Assembly: GCA_016842005.1 (NCBI GenBank)
Contig: JAENYD010000001.1
Coordinates: 22,261-86,260, forward strand
Direction: 5' to 3'
DNA: 64,000 nucleotides
Source of the DNA: Clostridium thermobutyricum
GTDB lineage: Bacteria > Bacillota > Clostridia > Ch29
A program made the translations under genes and the position numbers. Every line of letters starts with the position of its first letter. Position 1 is the stretch's first letter. The notes under the pieces are model-generated. The model ran no database searches, was not told where the DNA came from, and saw only the letters and a program-made list of their open reading frames with translations. Of this stretch, positions 18,758-28,391 are shown one piece after another.

Positions 18758-18802
18758 CAGTCTTTTTGAAAACGGTTTCGTAAAAAGCAGATAAACAAAA
18801 GC

Positions 18803-19834
18803 CTACCTCTGGACCCTTCCAGACCCGTCGCCCTTCATCAGGCTGGTTACCTCCGCAACCGTGACATGGTTGAAGTCGCCGTGAATGGTGTGCTTGAGGC
18901 ATGAAGCCGCCGCTGCGAATTCCACCGACTTCTGGCTGTCGTACCCGTTCAGCAGCGCGTAAATCAGCCCGCCGGCAAAGGCATCTCCGCCGCCCACCCT
19001 GTCTACGATATGCACGTCGTATTTCCTGGAAAAGTAGTATCCTGTTCCGTCATGGAGCATTGCAGACCAGCCGTTGTCACTGGCCGAGCGGCTCTCCCTC
19101 AGGGTTATGGCCGCCATCTTCAGCCCGAACCTTTCCACCAGTTTTCTGGCTACTTCCTTGTAACCCTCCTCGCTCAGTTCCGCTGAAACAATATCCGAAC
19201 CCTCCGCCCTGATGCCGAAGACCTTCTCCGCATCCTCTTCATTTCCGATGCAGACATCTACATATTTAACCAGTTCGCCCATCACCCTGCTGGCCTTCTC
19301 GGTGCTCCAGAGCTTTTTCCTGTAGTTCAGGTCGCAGCTTACGGTCAACCCCGCTTGTTTTGCCTTTTTCACAGCTTCAAGGGTTGCTTCGGCAGCACTG
19401 TCGCTTAGGGCCGGCGTAATCCCGGTAAAATGGAACCATTTTGCCCCTTCGAATGCCTTATCCCAGTCAATCTCGCCGGGTTTGATGCCGGATATCGAAG
19501 AATGCGCCCTGTCATATACCACCTTGGAAGGTCGCTGTGAAGCACCGCTTTCAAGAAAGTATACGCCCAGCCTTTCCCCGCCGCGAACTATGTAATCCGT
19601 TTTCACACCGTATCTCCTGAGGTGATTTAGCGCCGCATCACCAATAGAGTTGTCCGGGAGCTTGGTCACATAACAGGCATCCACACCGTAATTGGCCAGC
19701 GATACCGCTACGTTTGCCTCCCCCCCGCCATAGGTGGCGTCAAAGCTGTTGCACTGTACAAACCTTTCATATCCGGGAGTCGATAACCTCAGCATTATTT
19801 CACCAAAGCAGACCACCCTATTTGACATTTCCAT
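18803..19834 (-). CDS. kdgK: 2-dehydro-3-deoxygluconokinase (PfkB family)
   Basis: 343 aa with the PfkB signature VGGGDAFAGGLIYAL. It is KdgK-like throughout and adjacent to eda. Confidence 0.85.
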   Translation of the reverse strand: MEMSNRVVCFGEIMLRLSTPGYERFVQCNSFDATYGGGEANVAVSLANYGVDACYVTKLPDNSIGDAALNHLRRYGVKTDYIVRGGERLGVYFLESGASQRPSKVVYDRAHSSISGIKPGEIDWDKAFEGAKWFHFTGITPALSDSAAEATLEAVKKAKQAGLTVSCDLNYRKKLWSTEKASRVMGELVKYVDVCIGNEEDAEKVFGIRAEGSDIVSAELSEEGYKEVARKLVERFGLKMAAITLRESRSASDNGWSAMLHDGTGYYFSRKYDVHIVDRVGGGDAFAGGLIYALLNGYDSQKSVEFAAAASCLKHTIHGDFNHVTVAEVTSLMKGDGSGRVQR

Positions 19835-20474
19835 TCCCCCTAAAATCGTTGATAACCCTTACAAACTCTTTGGCAGTTTCGGTTATCCTGTTATAGTCTC
19901 CGGTCTTTGCACCGGCTGTTAACGAACCGCCCACCCCCAGGGCAATGCTGCCTGCCTTAAGCCATTCCTCCGCGTTGGACAGCTCCACTCCTCCGGTAGG
20001 CATGAGCGTAGCCTGCGGCAGGGGCCCCTTTATTGCCTTTATTAGCTCCGGACCGAATACGCTTCCCGGAAATACCTTGATTATATCGGCCCCTGCCTCC
20101 ATCGCCATAATAACCTCTCTGACCGTTATGGCTCCCGGCATGCACGGGACCTGGTACCTGTTGCAGAGCTTCATGGTTTCCAGGTTAAGGGCCGGGCTGA
20201 CCACATAGCTTGCACCACTCAGGATGGCTGCCCTTGCTGTTTCAGCGTCCAGGACGGTTCCTGCCCCCAGCAGGACGTCCTGCCCCTGAAACCTTTTGGC
20301 AAGGCCCTCGATAAGCCTGTGGGCTGCCGGTACGGTAAAGGTAATCTCGATGCTGTTGATGCCTCCCTCCAGGCAGGCCTCTGTAATGCGGATGGCCTTT
20401 TCGCTGCTCTCCGCTCTTATAACGGCAACAATGCCTTTCTCCACAATCTTTTTTAAGACCCCGCATTTGTACAT
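19818..20474 (-). CDS. eda: KDPG/KHG aldolase
   Basis: 218 aa. Eda family pattern: IVAVIRAES..., EITFTVP, IIKVFPG. Confidence 0.85.
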   Translation of the reverse strand: MYKCGVLKKIVEKGIVAVIRAESSEKAIRITEACLEGGINSIEITFTVPAAHRLIEGLAKRFQGQDVLLGAGTVLDAETARAAILSGASYVVSPALNLETMKLCNRYQVPCMPGAITVREVIMAMEAGADIIKVFPGSVFGPELIKAIKGPLPQATLMPTGGVELSNAEEWLKAGSIALGVGGSLTAGAKTGDYNRITETAKEFVRVINDFRGNGNVK

Positions 20475-20534
20475 AATACCCCTCCAGTCGTTTCATATTA
20501 TGATACATCGTTTTATGCATTGGTGCTGAAAGAG

Positions 20535-20552
20535 CTTTGCCTCTCGGCAAAG
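20535..20552 (-). terminator. Short hairpin between iclR-type regulator and eda
   Basis: CTTTGCC-TCTC-GGCAAAG stem-loop. The U-tract on the minus strand is only moderate. Confidence 0.35.
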
Positions 20553-20610
20553 TCCAAAACCTTACTTCTATTATTAATACTTATGCCGCATGTCCAACAA
20601 ATAGACCTGC

Positions 20611-21372
20611 CTAAACCATATATCCCATCCTGGCGGAAATCTTTCGAGCTGTTGCCATCACATGCTTTTTCAGCTCTTCAATAACCTCGTAGGTAAAGGC
20701 CTCCACCGGGCCCGAAGTGCTTATGGCAGCTATGACTTTCCCGCGGTAATCCATGATGGGCGCCGCCACGCACCTTATCCCCGCTTCGTTCTCCTCGTCG
20801 TCCAGGGCGTATCCCCTTTGCCGTGTCAGCTTCAGTTCCTCCAGAAACCTCTCCCTGTCCACAATGGTCTTCTCTGTAACGCGCACCAGGCCCCTGTCCC
20901 TTATGATTTCCTCTATCTCACCCACGCCGAGATGTGCGGCCATGGCCTTGCCCAGGGCGGTGCAGTGTACCGGGACCCTTCGCCCTATCTGGGAGTACAT
21001 TCTTATGCTGTTTATCACGTCCACCTTTTCTATATATATCACTTGCCCTTCTTCCAGCCGGGCCAGGTGGACGGGCTGCTGGCTTTTTTCCCTCAGCTCC
21101 CTCAGGTAGGGCAGCGCTTCGGTCTTTAGCTCTATGTTGTTGAGGTAGATGCTGCCTATATCTATGACCTTCATGCCAAGCCTGTACCGGTCGTCTTCAC
21201 TGTTCTTTTCCACATAGCCCCATTCAGCAAAGGTCGCAAGCATCCTGTGGACAGTGCTCTTGTGAAGACCCACCCTCTGGCTCAGCTCGGTTACCCCCAG
21301 CCCCCTGCCCTCCACCGCCAGTGTCTCCAGTATCTCGAGAGCTCTATCCAGCGACTGCACCGTATTTGCCAT
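20611..21372 (-). CDS. IclR family transcriptional regulator (KdgR/YiaJ-like)
   Basis: 253 aa with an N-terminal wHTH (LDRALEILETLA...VTELSQRVGLHKSTVHRML) and an IclR effector domain. Confidence 0.9.
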   Translation of the reverse strand: MANTVQSLDRALEILETLAVEGRGLGVTELSQRVGLHKSTVHRMLATFAEWGYVEKNSEDDRYRLGMKVIDIGSIYLNNIELKTEALPYLRELREKSQQPVHLARLEEGQVIYIEKVDVINSIRMYSQIGRRVPVHCTALGKAMAAHLGVGEIEEIIRDRGLVRVTEKTIVDRERFLEELKLTRQRGYALDDEENEAGIRCVAAPIMDYRGKVIAAISTSGPVEAFTYEVIEELKKHVMATARKISARMGYMV

Positions 21373-21497
21373 ATTTTCACCTCTGTCCTGTATGATGAAA
21401 CCATGTTTTACTAAATAAAATTATATTATTTTTTCCATCCGATATCAAGGTTATTCAGCCAATTTTATTGTTAAATAATTAACAATATAAAAAACTA

Positions 21498-21526
21498 TTG
21501 ACTCCTGCCCCATAAGCTAGTAAAAT
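21498..21526 (+). promoter_or_regulatory. Sigma-A type promoter of the T-box leader
   Basis: TTGACT (21498-21503), a 17-nt spacer, then TAAAAT (21521-21526). Confidence 0.5.
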
Positions 21527-21532
21527 TGAAAC

Positions 21533-21822
21533 ACAGTATTCCTATTGATTTACTAGGATTTAAAGGCTGTGAAGGAGTAAAGTAGACTGGAAGGTGTCTC
21601 AAAGAGAGGGATTGCCCCGGCTGAAAGCAGTCCTGAGGTAAAACCGGTCGAAGTGCGCTCCGGAGCCGTGGGCCGAAAAACTGAGTAGGCCTCAACGGGA
21701 TACGCCCGTTACAGCGTTAGGGCATAGCGCTGTGCCCGAAATGAGATGGACCATATGGTTCAACAAGAGTGGGACCGCGAAATTGAGCTTTCGCCTCTTT
21801 GATATAGGGGCGGAAGTTTTTT
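21533..21822 (+). promoter_or_regulatory. T-box riboswitch leader (probable Cys specifier UGC) with intrinsic terminator
   Basis: It has AGAGAG and GCTGAAAG stem-I elements. A candidate specifier GAAG-UGC-G lies at 21654-21656. The T-box core AGAGTGGGACCGCG is at 21766-21779. A terminator hairpin CTTTCGCCTCT/AGGGGCGGAAG (21788-21816) is followed by TTTTTT. Downstream genes are cysK-cysE. Confidence 0.8.
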
Positions 21823-21856
21823 ATTGGGACAAAAAACTGTCCCTTGGCCTGAGAAA

Positions 21857-22034
21857 AAGTTCATCAACGACTTTTGTGAAAAATGGGGTGTCAATAAATT
21901 TTTGATATGTAAATTATGCCATATGGATTTATGAAACCCTTATAAATATTAATTTTCACAAAAGTCACTGGCAATAATTCCATGCTAAAAATCTCTTGAC
22001 CACAAAATTCGTTGTTGACCCAAAAAAAATAGAA
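21857..22034 (+). repeat. Copy A of a ~155-180 bp repeat element (inverted partner at 41688-41864)
   Basis: The core 21857-22010 differs from the reverse complement of 41711-41864 at about 5 positions by my manual alignment. Weaker similarity continues to ~22034. It contains a perfect 14-nt inverted pair: GACTTTTGTGAAAA (21869-21882) and TTTTCACAAAAGTC (21953-21966). Confidence 0.85.
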
Positions 22035-22050
22035 AGGAGTATTGTGGATA

Positions 22051-22965
22051 ATGAAGGTGGCACGGGATGTTACCGAACTTATTGGCTCAACCCCGGTGGT
22101 GAGGTTGATCCGACTGGTGAGAAAAGGCAGTGCAGAGGTCCTCGTCAAGCTGGAATGCTTCAATCCCGGCGGGAGCGTAAAGGACAGGATCGCCCTGAAC
22201 ATGATGCTGGATGCGGAGAAACGAGGCAAAATCAACAAAAATACCGTTATAGTGGAGCCCACCAGCGGCAACACGGGCATAGGCCTTGCTATGGTGGCTG
22301 CTGCCAGGGGCTACAGGCTGATGCTGGTAATGCCTGAAACCATGAGTGAAGAAAGGCGCAAACTGATGCAGGCCCTGGGGGCGGAGGTACTGCTGACCAG
22401 CGGCGAAGAGGGAATGGCCGGAGCAGTGAGAAAGGCTGCCGAGCTGACAGCCCAAAACCCCGGTTATTTCATGCCCCAGCAGTTCAATAACCCCGCCAAC
22501 CCCGAAACCCATACCAGGACTACTGCCCTGGAGATACTTGAGCAGACCGGCGGCAGGCTGGACGCCTTTGTGGCAGGGGTGGGCACCGGCGGCACCTTGA
22601 CCGGCGTCGGTAAGGTATTGAGGGAGCGGATACCAGGAATAAGGATAGTGGCCGTAGAGCCGGAGGACTCGCCGGTGCTGTCGGGAGGTTCTCCCGGTGT
22701 CCATAAGATACAGGGTATAGGGGCCGGATTTGTGCCGGAGGTGCTGGATACAGGCATAATAGACCGTATAATCAGGGTGGGCAATGATGATGCCATAGAT
22801 ACCGCAAGGCAAATGGCTGCCCGGGAAGGTCTTCTTGTGGGCATATCCTCCGGGGCGGCAGTATGGGCAGCCCTCAGGACAGCCTCTGAACTGGGCGCGG
22901 GCAAAAGGGTCCTTACCGTTGCTCCGGATACAGGGGAAAGATATATGAGTTCGGGACTGTATTAA
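22051..22965 (+). CDS. cysK: Cysteine synthase A (O-acetylserine sulfhydrylase)
   Basis: Motifs seen: [14 protein letters not shown] and [11 protein letters not shown]. The start is set at the ATG at 22051, 11 nt after GGAG. The track ORF begins at a TTG at 22042. Confidence 0.95.
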   Translation: MKVARDVTELIGSTPVVRLIRLVRKGSAEVLVKLECFNPGGSVKDRIALNMMLDAEKRGKINKNTVIVEPTSGNTGIGLAMVAAARGYRLMLVMPETMSEERRKLMQALGAEVLLTSGEEGMAGAVRKAAELTAQNPGYFMPQQFNNPANPETHTRTTALEILEQTGGRLDAFVAGVGTGGTLTGVGKVLRERIPGIRIVAVEPEDSPVLSGGSPGVHKIQGIGAGFVPEVLDTGIIDRIIRVGNDDAIDTARQMAAREGLLVGISSGAAVWAALRTASELGAGKRVLTVAPDTGERYMSSGLY

Positions 22966-22986
22966 AATCTGCAAGGAGTGGTGTAT

Positions 22987-23538
22987 ATGTTCGGCAGAAT
23001 AAAAGAAGACATTGAAGCGGTTTTCCGGAACGACCCCGCAGCCAGGAGTATACCCGAGGTGCTTCTCTGCTACCCCGGGCTGCACGCCATCCTGTTCCAC
23101 AGGATGGCCCACTGGCTGTACAATAAAAGGCTTTTCCTGGCAGCCCGTATCCTATCCAATATCAGCAGGTTTATGACCGGTATTGAGATCCACCCCGGGG
23201 CCAGAATAGGCAGGAGGTTTTTCATAGACCACGGAATGGGGGTAGTCATAGGTGAAACAGCGGAAGTAGGGGATGATGTGGTTATATTTCACGGGGTGAC
23301 CCTGGGGGGGACCGGAAAGGATAAGGGTAAGCGCCACCCTACCGTGGGCAACAATGTAATGATAGGAGCGGGCACCAAGATCCTCGGACCTATAACCATC
23401 GGCAGCAACGTGAAAATAGGGGCAGGCTCGGTTGTACTGGCATCCCTGCCGGACAACTGCACCGCCGTGGGCTGCCCTGCTAAAGTCGTAAGGCGCAATT
23501 ACAGCCGGGAGAACAACGTGCTTTCCTGGGTGATTTAA
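22987..23538 (+). CDS. cysE: Serine O-acetyltransferase
   Basis: Hexapeptide-repeat protein ([31 protein letters not shown]...). The ATG at 22987 lies 8 nt after AAGGAG. The track ORF begins at a GTG at 22978. Confidence 0.9.
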   Translation: MFGRIKEDIEAVFRNDPAARSIPEVLLCYPGLHAILFHRMAHWLYNKRLFLAARILSNISRFMTGIEIHPGARIGRRFFIDHGMGVVIGETAEVGDDVVIFHGVTLGGTGKDKGKRHPTVGNNVMIGAGTKILGPITIGSNVKIGAGSVVLASLPDNCTAVGCPAKVVRRNYSRENNVLSWVI

Positions 23539-23539
23539 A

Positions 23540-23584
23540 GGAAAGGGGGGACATTCCTCTGCAGAAGGAGTGCCCCCCCTTTCC
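23540..23584. terminator. Long GC-rich hairpin after cysE
   Basis: GGAAAGGGGGG...CCCCCCCTTTCC arms lie immediately after the cysE stop. No clean T-run follows on the plus strand. Confidence 0.5.
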
Positions 23585-24080
23585 AAATAATAGTACGATC
23601 TCCAAAACTCAGAAAGCTTTATTTGTATATATTTCAAGGCTCAATATTTCTGTTTAACCCCTACTTTTTTCACCAAACCGCTTCCGTCTTTTCTAATAGC
23701 CGTGCCATATTTGCTCTTTAGTGGAAAGCATTTTATTTGATTTTACCGCACCATCCCCAAGTAGGATCACATTGTAGATCTAAAATAGCATTCTGCCTGG
23801 GAGTATCATTATGTTACGAGATTGGATGCTCGCATGTCGTGATGAATTACTACTTCGATAGGAGCGGTAGTACCATCTTTACATTTTAGGGCCTGTTTAC
23901 CAAGATAATATTACCCATATTTTATGATAATGTTTGTACGAAATCTAAGCATGTACATAGCTGTACTTTTTATTATTGTTTCCACAACGGCGTTTAAATT
24001 CCTCTCTCTACGCCAAAATTACAACCTGCACATTTCAGGTCGATTTTTGGCAACAAAAACCCTATGCTGTGCCAGCAATT

Positions 24081-24120
24081 AAAAAACCTGGCTGCTATCG
24101 CTATAGGATAAACCGCCAGG
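24081..24120 (-). terminator. Intrinsic terminator after the UxaA-like large subunit
   Basis: CCTGGC (24087-24092) pairs with GCCAGG (24115-24120). The A-run at 24081-24086 gives a U-tract on the minus strand. It lies 20 nt below the stop at 24140. Confidence 0.6.
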
Positions 24121-24139
24121 TCCTTGATTATTGTTGACC

Positions 24140-25306
24140 CTAGATAACGGGCCCTAAAGTGTGGATGTCGATGGAGTTAAAATACTTTATGGCTTCGTTC
24201 TTTGTGGTCCCGCCGGATAGCACCCGAAGCATAAAATCAAAGGTTTCCTCGCCCACCTGCTCGATGGTCTTGTCACCGGTAATGATCAGTCCGGCATTGA
24301 TGTCCATATCGTGGGCCATCCGCTCGTAAGTGTTGGGGTTTCCGCAGATCTTCAGCACCGGCATTGTGGGAAAACCCTGTGGTGCACCGCGTCCGGTGGA
24401 AAAGAGCATGCACTGGGCGCCGCTACAGGCCATACCCGTCAGTATCTCAGGCTCACGCCCCGGGGTGTCTTTAATCCACAGGCCCTTATGGTCTGTAACC
24501 ATGTCAGGGTATTCCATCACACCCTCAATCGTCCTTGTACCGGATTTTATGATAGCGCCCAAGGATTTTTCCTCGATGGAGCTCAGCCCTCCCTCAATGT
24601 TGCCGGGAGTGGGCTGACCTTTGCGCATATCGCAGCCCAAGGACTTTGCCCTGCCCTCCATCCGCTCCACTATGTCGAAAATCCTCTGTCCGATCTCGGG
24701 AGTTCTGGCTCTTCGGGCCAGTATGTGTTCGGCTCCTATAAATTCAGTGGTCTCACCGAACACGACCGTTCCGCCAAGGTCCACTATCTTGTCGGCCACA
24801 TAGCCGATGACGCAGTTTGACGCCATGCCCGAAGTGGTGTCCGAAGCGCCGCACTTTATTGCCATCACGGCGCTGCTGATATCCACCGGCTGCCGGCGGA
24901 GTCCGAATATGGTCATTGAAAGCTTCTGTGCGGCGTCGATGCCGGCAGCAATAGCACGACTGGTTCCGCCCAGCTCCTGTATGCGGATGACCTCGACCGG
25001 CTTGCCGGTTTTGGCTATGGTCTCCACAAGGCGTTCGGTGTCGGTACCCTCGCAGCCTAGGCTGACCACCAGCGCCGCACCCACATTGGGGCTGCATCCC
25101 AGTCCGATGAGAGTATCGGTGACCCTTTCCAGGTCAGGGGGAAGCTGGCAGCAGCCCTGGTGGTGGAAATAGCCCACCGTGTTCTGTACCTGTGCCACAA
25201 TTGTCTGTGCAACGTCATTGGCGCAAACAACGCTGGGAATTACCGCCACAAGATTCCGGGCGCCTACCTTGCCGTTCTTTCTCACATAACCCATAAAATT
25301 CATCAA
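24140..25306 (-). CDS. UxaA-family dehydratase/lyase, large (catalytic) subunit (altronate dehydratase C-terminal / SuyB-like)
   Basis: 388 aa. It begins ...GYVRKNGKVGARNLVAVIPSVVCAN..., typical of the UxaA C-terminal domain expressed as a separate polypeptide. Confidence 0.8.
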   Translation of the reverse strand: MMNFMGYVRKNGKVGARNLVAVIPSVVCANDVAQTIVAQVQNTVGYFHHQGCCQLPPDLERVTDTLIGLGCSPNVGAALVVSLGCEGTDTERLVETIAKTGKPVEVIRIQELGGTSRAIAAGIDAAQKLSMTIFGLRRQPVDISSAVMAIKCGASDTTSGMASNCVIGYVADKIVDLGGTVVFGETTEFIGAEHILARRARTPEIGQRIFDIVERMEGRAKSLGCDMRKGQPTPGNIEGGLSSIEEKSLGAIIKSGTRTIEGVMEYPDMVTDHKGLWIKDTPGREPEILTGMACSGAQCMLFSTGRGAPQGFPTMPVLKICGNPNTYERMAHDMDINAGLIITGDKTIEQVGEETFDFMLRVLSGGTTKNEAIKYFNSIDIHTLGPVI

Positions 25307-25332
25307 TATTCACCTGCCTGAAACTTAGTATT

Positions 25333-25626
25333 CTATAGATCGCCCCGCCCGCGCATGCTATCCAGATTGTGGACATGCACATGGCTGCCTTTTTTGATTT
25401 CGCGTGTGGCCGTCCCGATTTCTTCGCCGTACTTGTTTATCTGTCCGCCAATAGGTATATCAGCAAGGGCGATCTTGTGTCCATAGGGTATATTATCTAC
25501 CACCGTGATGATTTCGCTGTTTCCCTTTTTGTCACGCACCTCCACCTGTGTACCGGCCTTAACCTCGTCAAAAATGGTAGCAACGTTGTCTCTGTCGTTA
25601 ACCTTCAGCGCTAAATTCAAACTCAT
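25333..25626 (-). CDS. SAF-domain small subunit of the split UxaA-family enzyme (SuyA-like)
   Basis: The start is set at the ATG at 25626 (MSLNLALKVNDRDNVATIFDEV...), preceded by AGGAGG. It has SAF/UxaA N-terminal domain sequence. The track ORF extends to 25713. Confidence 0.7.
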   Translation of the reverse strand: MSLNLALKVNDRDNVATIFDEVKAGTQVEVRDKKGNSEIITVVDNIPYGHKIALADIPIGGQINKYGEEIGTATREIKKGSHVHVHNLDSMRGRGDL

Positions 25627-25681
25627 AACTCTGCGACCTCCTAAACACTTCATAAAATGTATTCCTTGACAAAGGTGTGCG

Positions 25682-26992
25682 TCACTGTTTAACCGCCAGA
25701 GCCGCAACCCCATCCGGTATTACTACCACCCGGGCGTCCTTCCCCTTCATCTCATAGGCCATGGCAAGCGCTTCGTCGGGAGTGGAGGCGGGAATCATAT
25801 TTGCTTTGCGGACCAACTCATGGTCAAGGTATGTGGTTACCAGGATAATTTTGTGTTTCTTCATTATACGAGTAAAAATCTGCGCACACCACATCTCGGG
25901 AATGGTCTCCTTAGGCGGGATCCTGGAGAGTTTTTCTGAAATCTCGTGTATTGTACCTGAAAGCATCAGTTTCTCAAAGTGGGTGCCGCCGAATCCGTCG
26001 ATGCAGGAGGCGCACATAATGATTACCCCGTCCTCTCCGGCACAGGCCTCCGCCGTAGTCACCGCCTTGGGCGACTGGTACAGATTCTGGTCCAGCGGAT
26101 AGCCTCCGTTACTGGTTATCACTATATCGCCGGTCACAGCGGGCACCCGGGAAAGACCCTTGATGAACTCGCAGCCCTTTTCATGGGCCTCCACCAAATC
26201 ACCCGCAAAGGCGGCAATTATCCTTTTCTCACCGTCTAAAGCCACATTAAGGATAAACCGGACGTTAACCTTACGAGCGGCGTATACCATGTCCTCATGG
26301 ATAGGATTGCCGGCGGTGACGCCCGGAGCGGCATTGACATGGGCAATGGCCCTATAAGAGTGGTTTTCATTGACCGTTTCCTGGGAGCATATACCCGGCA
26401 ATATGCTTTTGCGGCCTCCCGAAAAGCCCGCGAAGAAGTGCGGCTCGATAAAACCCTCGGTCACCAGCAGGTCGCAATCCACCGCCAGACGGTTGACCAC
26501 AAATTCGGCGCCGGAGGGCAGCACGCAGATCCTGCGCATATCCTCGCTTCTAAAAGCGTCATGCACGACGATCTTCTCATTATCCACTATGGCGTCCCCG
26601 AACATCCTGCGTTGCTCCGCTTCGGTGGTCGCCCTGTGCAGGCCGGTGGCAATCAGTATGGTGATATCGGCGTCGGGACTGCCCTTGCGAATTTCCCCCA
26701 GGAGTATGGGCAGCGTTATCCTGCTGGGAACAGCGCGGGTGTGGTCACTGGTAACCAGGACCACGCGCCTTTTGCCCCTGGATATGTTCACTAGGGTGTC
26801 TGAGCCTATGGGATTCGCCAGTGCATCCCGAACGATCTCCTCCTCGCTCTTATCGGCCTTGTACCTATGCATCCTGGGGTACAGGACAGCCTCCAGGTTT
26901 TTTTTGTCTATATGCAGATCAACACTTGATGTGTAATACGGTATCTTTATTGTTTCCACAGCAAAGGCTCCTTTCGGTGTTTGAATGGTCAT
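25682..26992 (-). CDS. LarA-family nickel-pincer-cofactor-dependent 2-hydroxyacid racemase/epimerase homolog
   Basis: 436 aa. Family blocks seen: [25 protein letters not shown] and [20 protein letters not shown], which correspond to the catalytic His and cofactor Lys positions of LarA. It overlaps the fumC stop by 4 nt. Confidence 0.85.
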   Translation of the reverse strand: MTIQTPKGAFAVETIKIPYYTSSVDLHIDKKNLEAVLYPRMHRYKADKSEEEIVRDALANPIGSDTLVNISRGKRRVVLVTSDHTRAVPSRITLPILLGEIRKGSPDADITILIATGLHRATTEAEQRRMFGDAIVDNEKIVVHDAFRSEDMRRICVLPSGAEFVVNRLAVDCDLLVTEGFIEPHFFAGFSGGRKSILPGICSQETVNENHSYRAIAHVNAAPGVTAGNPIHEDMVYAARKVNVRFILNVALDGEKRIIAAFAGDLVEAHEKGCEFIKGLSRVPAVTGDIVITSNGGYPLDQNLYQSPKAVTTAEACAGEDGVIIMCASCIDGFGGTHFEKLMLSGTIHEISEKLSRIPPKETIPEMWCAQIFTRIMKKHKIILVTTYLDHELVRKANMIPASTPDEALAMAYEMKGKDARVVVIPDGVAALAVKQ

Positions 26993-28365
26993 TTCAAAGG
27001 AGATACCATACTCTCGGGTTTTACGATTTCATCGAATTTCTCTGCGGTCAGCATTCCCAGCCTCACCGCCGCCTCCTTCAGCGTGATGCCCTCTTTGTGG
27101 GCGGTCTTTGCAATCTCAGCGGCGTTTTCATATCCAATATACGGGTTGAGCGCCGTTACAAGCATAAGGGACTTCTCCAGATAATCCTTGATTTTCGGGA
27201 GATTAGGCTTTATGCCCACAGCACAGTTGTTGTTAAATGATACTATAGCGTCCGCAAGCAGTGTCACCGATTGTAAGAAGTTGTATATACATACCGGCAT
27301 GAACACATTGAGTTCAAAATTACCCTGCGAGGCCGCCATGCCCACCGCCACATCGTTAGCCATGACCTGGACGGCCACCATCGTCAGCGCTTCGCATTGA
27401 GTAGGGTTTACCTTTCCGGGCATAATGGAACTTCCGGGCTCGTTTTCCGGAATTGTCAGCTCTCCGATGCCGCACCGCGGCCCGCTGGCCAGCCATCTAA
27501 TGTCGTTGGCAATCTTAAACAGGTTTGCCGCCAGCGCCTTGATGGCACCGTGGACAAAAACCAGTGCATCCTTGCTGGTGAGGGAATGGAACTTGTTGGG
27601 TGCGGAAATGAACTTTTTACCGGTAAGCAGCGAAATCTCCTCCGCCACCTGCCCGCCGAAGTCTGACGGCGCATTTAGTCCGGTTCCTACCGCCGTACCG
27701 CCCAAAGCCAGCTCCCGGAGGCTGTCGGCCGAAGCGGCGATCATCGTACTACCCTTGCTCAGCATTTCCTGCCAGCCGCTTATCTCCTGCCCCAGGGTGA
27801 GCGGAGTGGCATCCTGGAGGTGGGTGCGTCCGGTCTTGATGATGTCCTTGTACTCCTCCGCCAGCCTGCCAAAGGTTCGCTCCAGCATGTCGATGGCGGG
27901 AATCAGCTTATCCTCGATGCTTACCAGCGCCGCGATGTGCATTGCTGTGGGGAAGGTATCGTTGGAGCTTTGGGATTTGTTCACATGGTCATTGGGGTGG
28001 ATCAGCTTTTCGCCCAACAGCGCATTGGCGCGGTTAGCCACCACTTCGTTCACATTCATATTTGACTGGGTGCCGCTGCCCGTTTGCCATACAGCCAGTG
28101 GGAAATGCCCGTCCAGCTCTCCGCGGATAATCTCGTCACATACCCGGGATATGGCATCAGCGCGCTTTGCGTCCAGCACGCCCAGCTTATTATTTACAAT
28201 GGCCGCAGCTTTTTTTAGGATAGCAAAGGCCCGGATAACTTCCATCGGCATTTTCTCGGTACCAATTTTAAAGTTTTCAAAGCTACGTTGGGTTTGGGCC
28301 CCCCAGTACCGGTCCGCGGGCACCTTTACCTCCCCCATCGTATCATGTTCGATTCTATACTCCAT
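26989..28365 (-). CDS. fumC: Class II fumarate hydratase
   Basis: 458 aa. It has the fumarate-lyase signature [16 protein letters not shown] and is FumC-like from end to end. Confidence 0.95.
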   Translation of the reverse strand: MEYRIEHDTMGEVKVPADRYWGAQTQRSFENFKIGTEKMPMEVIRAFAILKKAAAIVNNKLGVLDAKRADAISRVCDEIIRGELDGHFPLAVWQTGSGTQSNMNVNEVVANRANALLGEKLIHPNDHVNKSQSSNDTFPTAMHIAALVSIEDKLIPAIDMLERTFGRLAEEYKDIIKTGRTHLQDATPLTLGQEISGWQEMLSKGSTMIAASADSLRELALGGTAVGTGLNAPSDFGGQVAEEISLLTGKKFISAPNKFHSLTSKDALVFVHGAIKALAANLFKIANDIRWLASGPRCGIGELTIPENEPGSSIMPGKVNPTQCEALTMVAVQVMANDVAVGMAASQGNFELNVFMPVCIYNFLQSVTLLADAIVSFNNNCAVGIKPNLPKIKDYLEKSLMLVTALNPYIGYENAAEIAKTAHKEGITLKEAAVRLGMLTAEKFDEIVKPESMVSPLK

Positions 28366-28391
28366 TATGTCACCTCGTCTCTTTCCTATGA

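Noticed and set aside
21970-21995. GGAATT-containing segment of the repeat element as a CymR (cysteine regulator) operator in front of cysK
   Set aside because: Only the GGAATTA core matches the remembered CymR consensus, and the flanking positions do not match. The second copy sits in front of an unrelated dead peptidase gene.
22087-23112. 341-aa minus-strand ORF spanning cysK and cysE
   Set aside because: It is antisense to two unmistakable genes. Its His/Pro/Gly-rich, low-complexity composition is typical of shadow ORFs.
23640-24080. Possible group II intron or CRISPR remnant (GTGCAG..., GTTGTGGAAAC-like strings on the minus strand)
   Set aside because: There is no domain V/VI-like hairpin, no repeated unit and no reverse-transcriptase ORF. 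The resemblance is limited to a few nucleotides.
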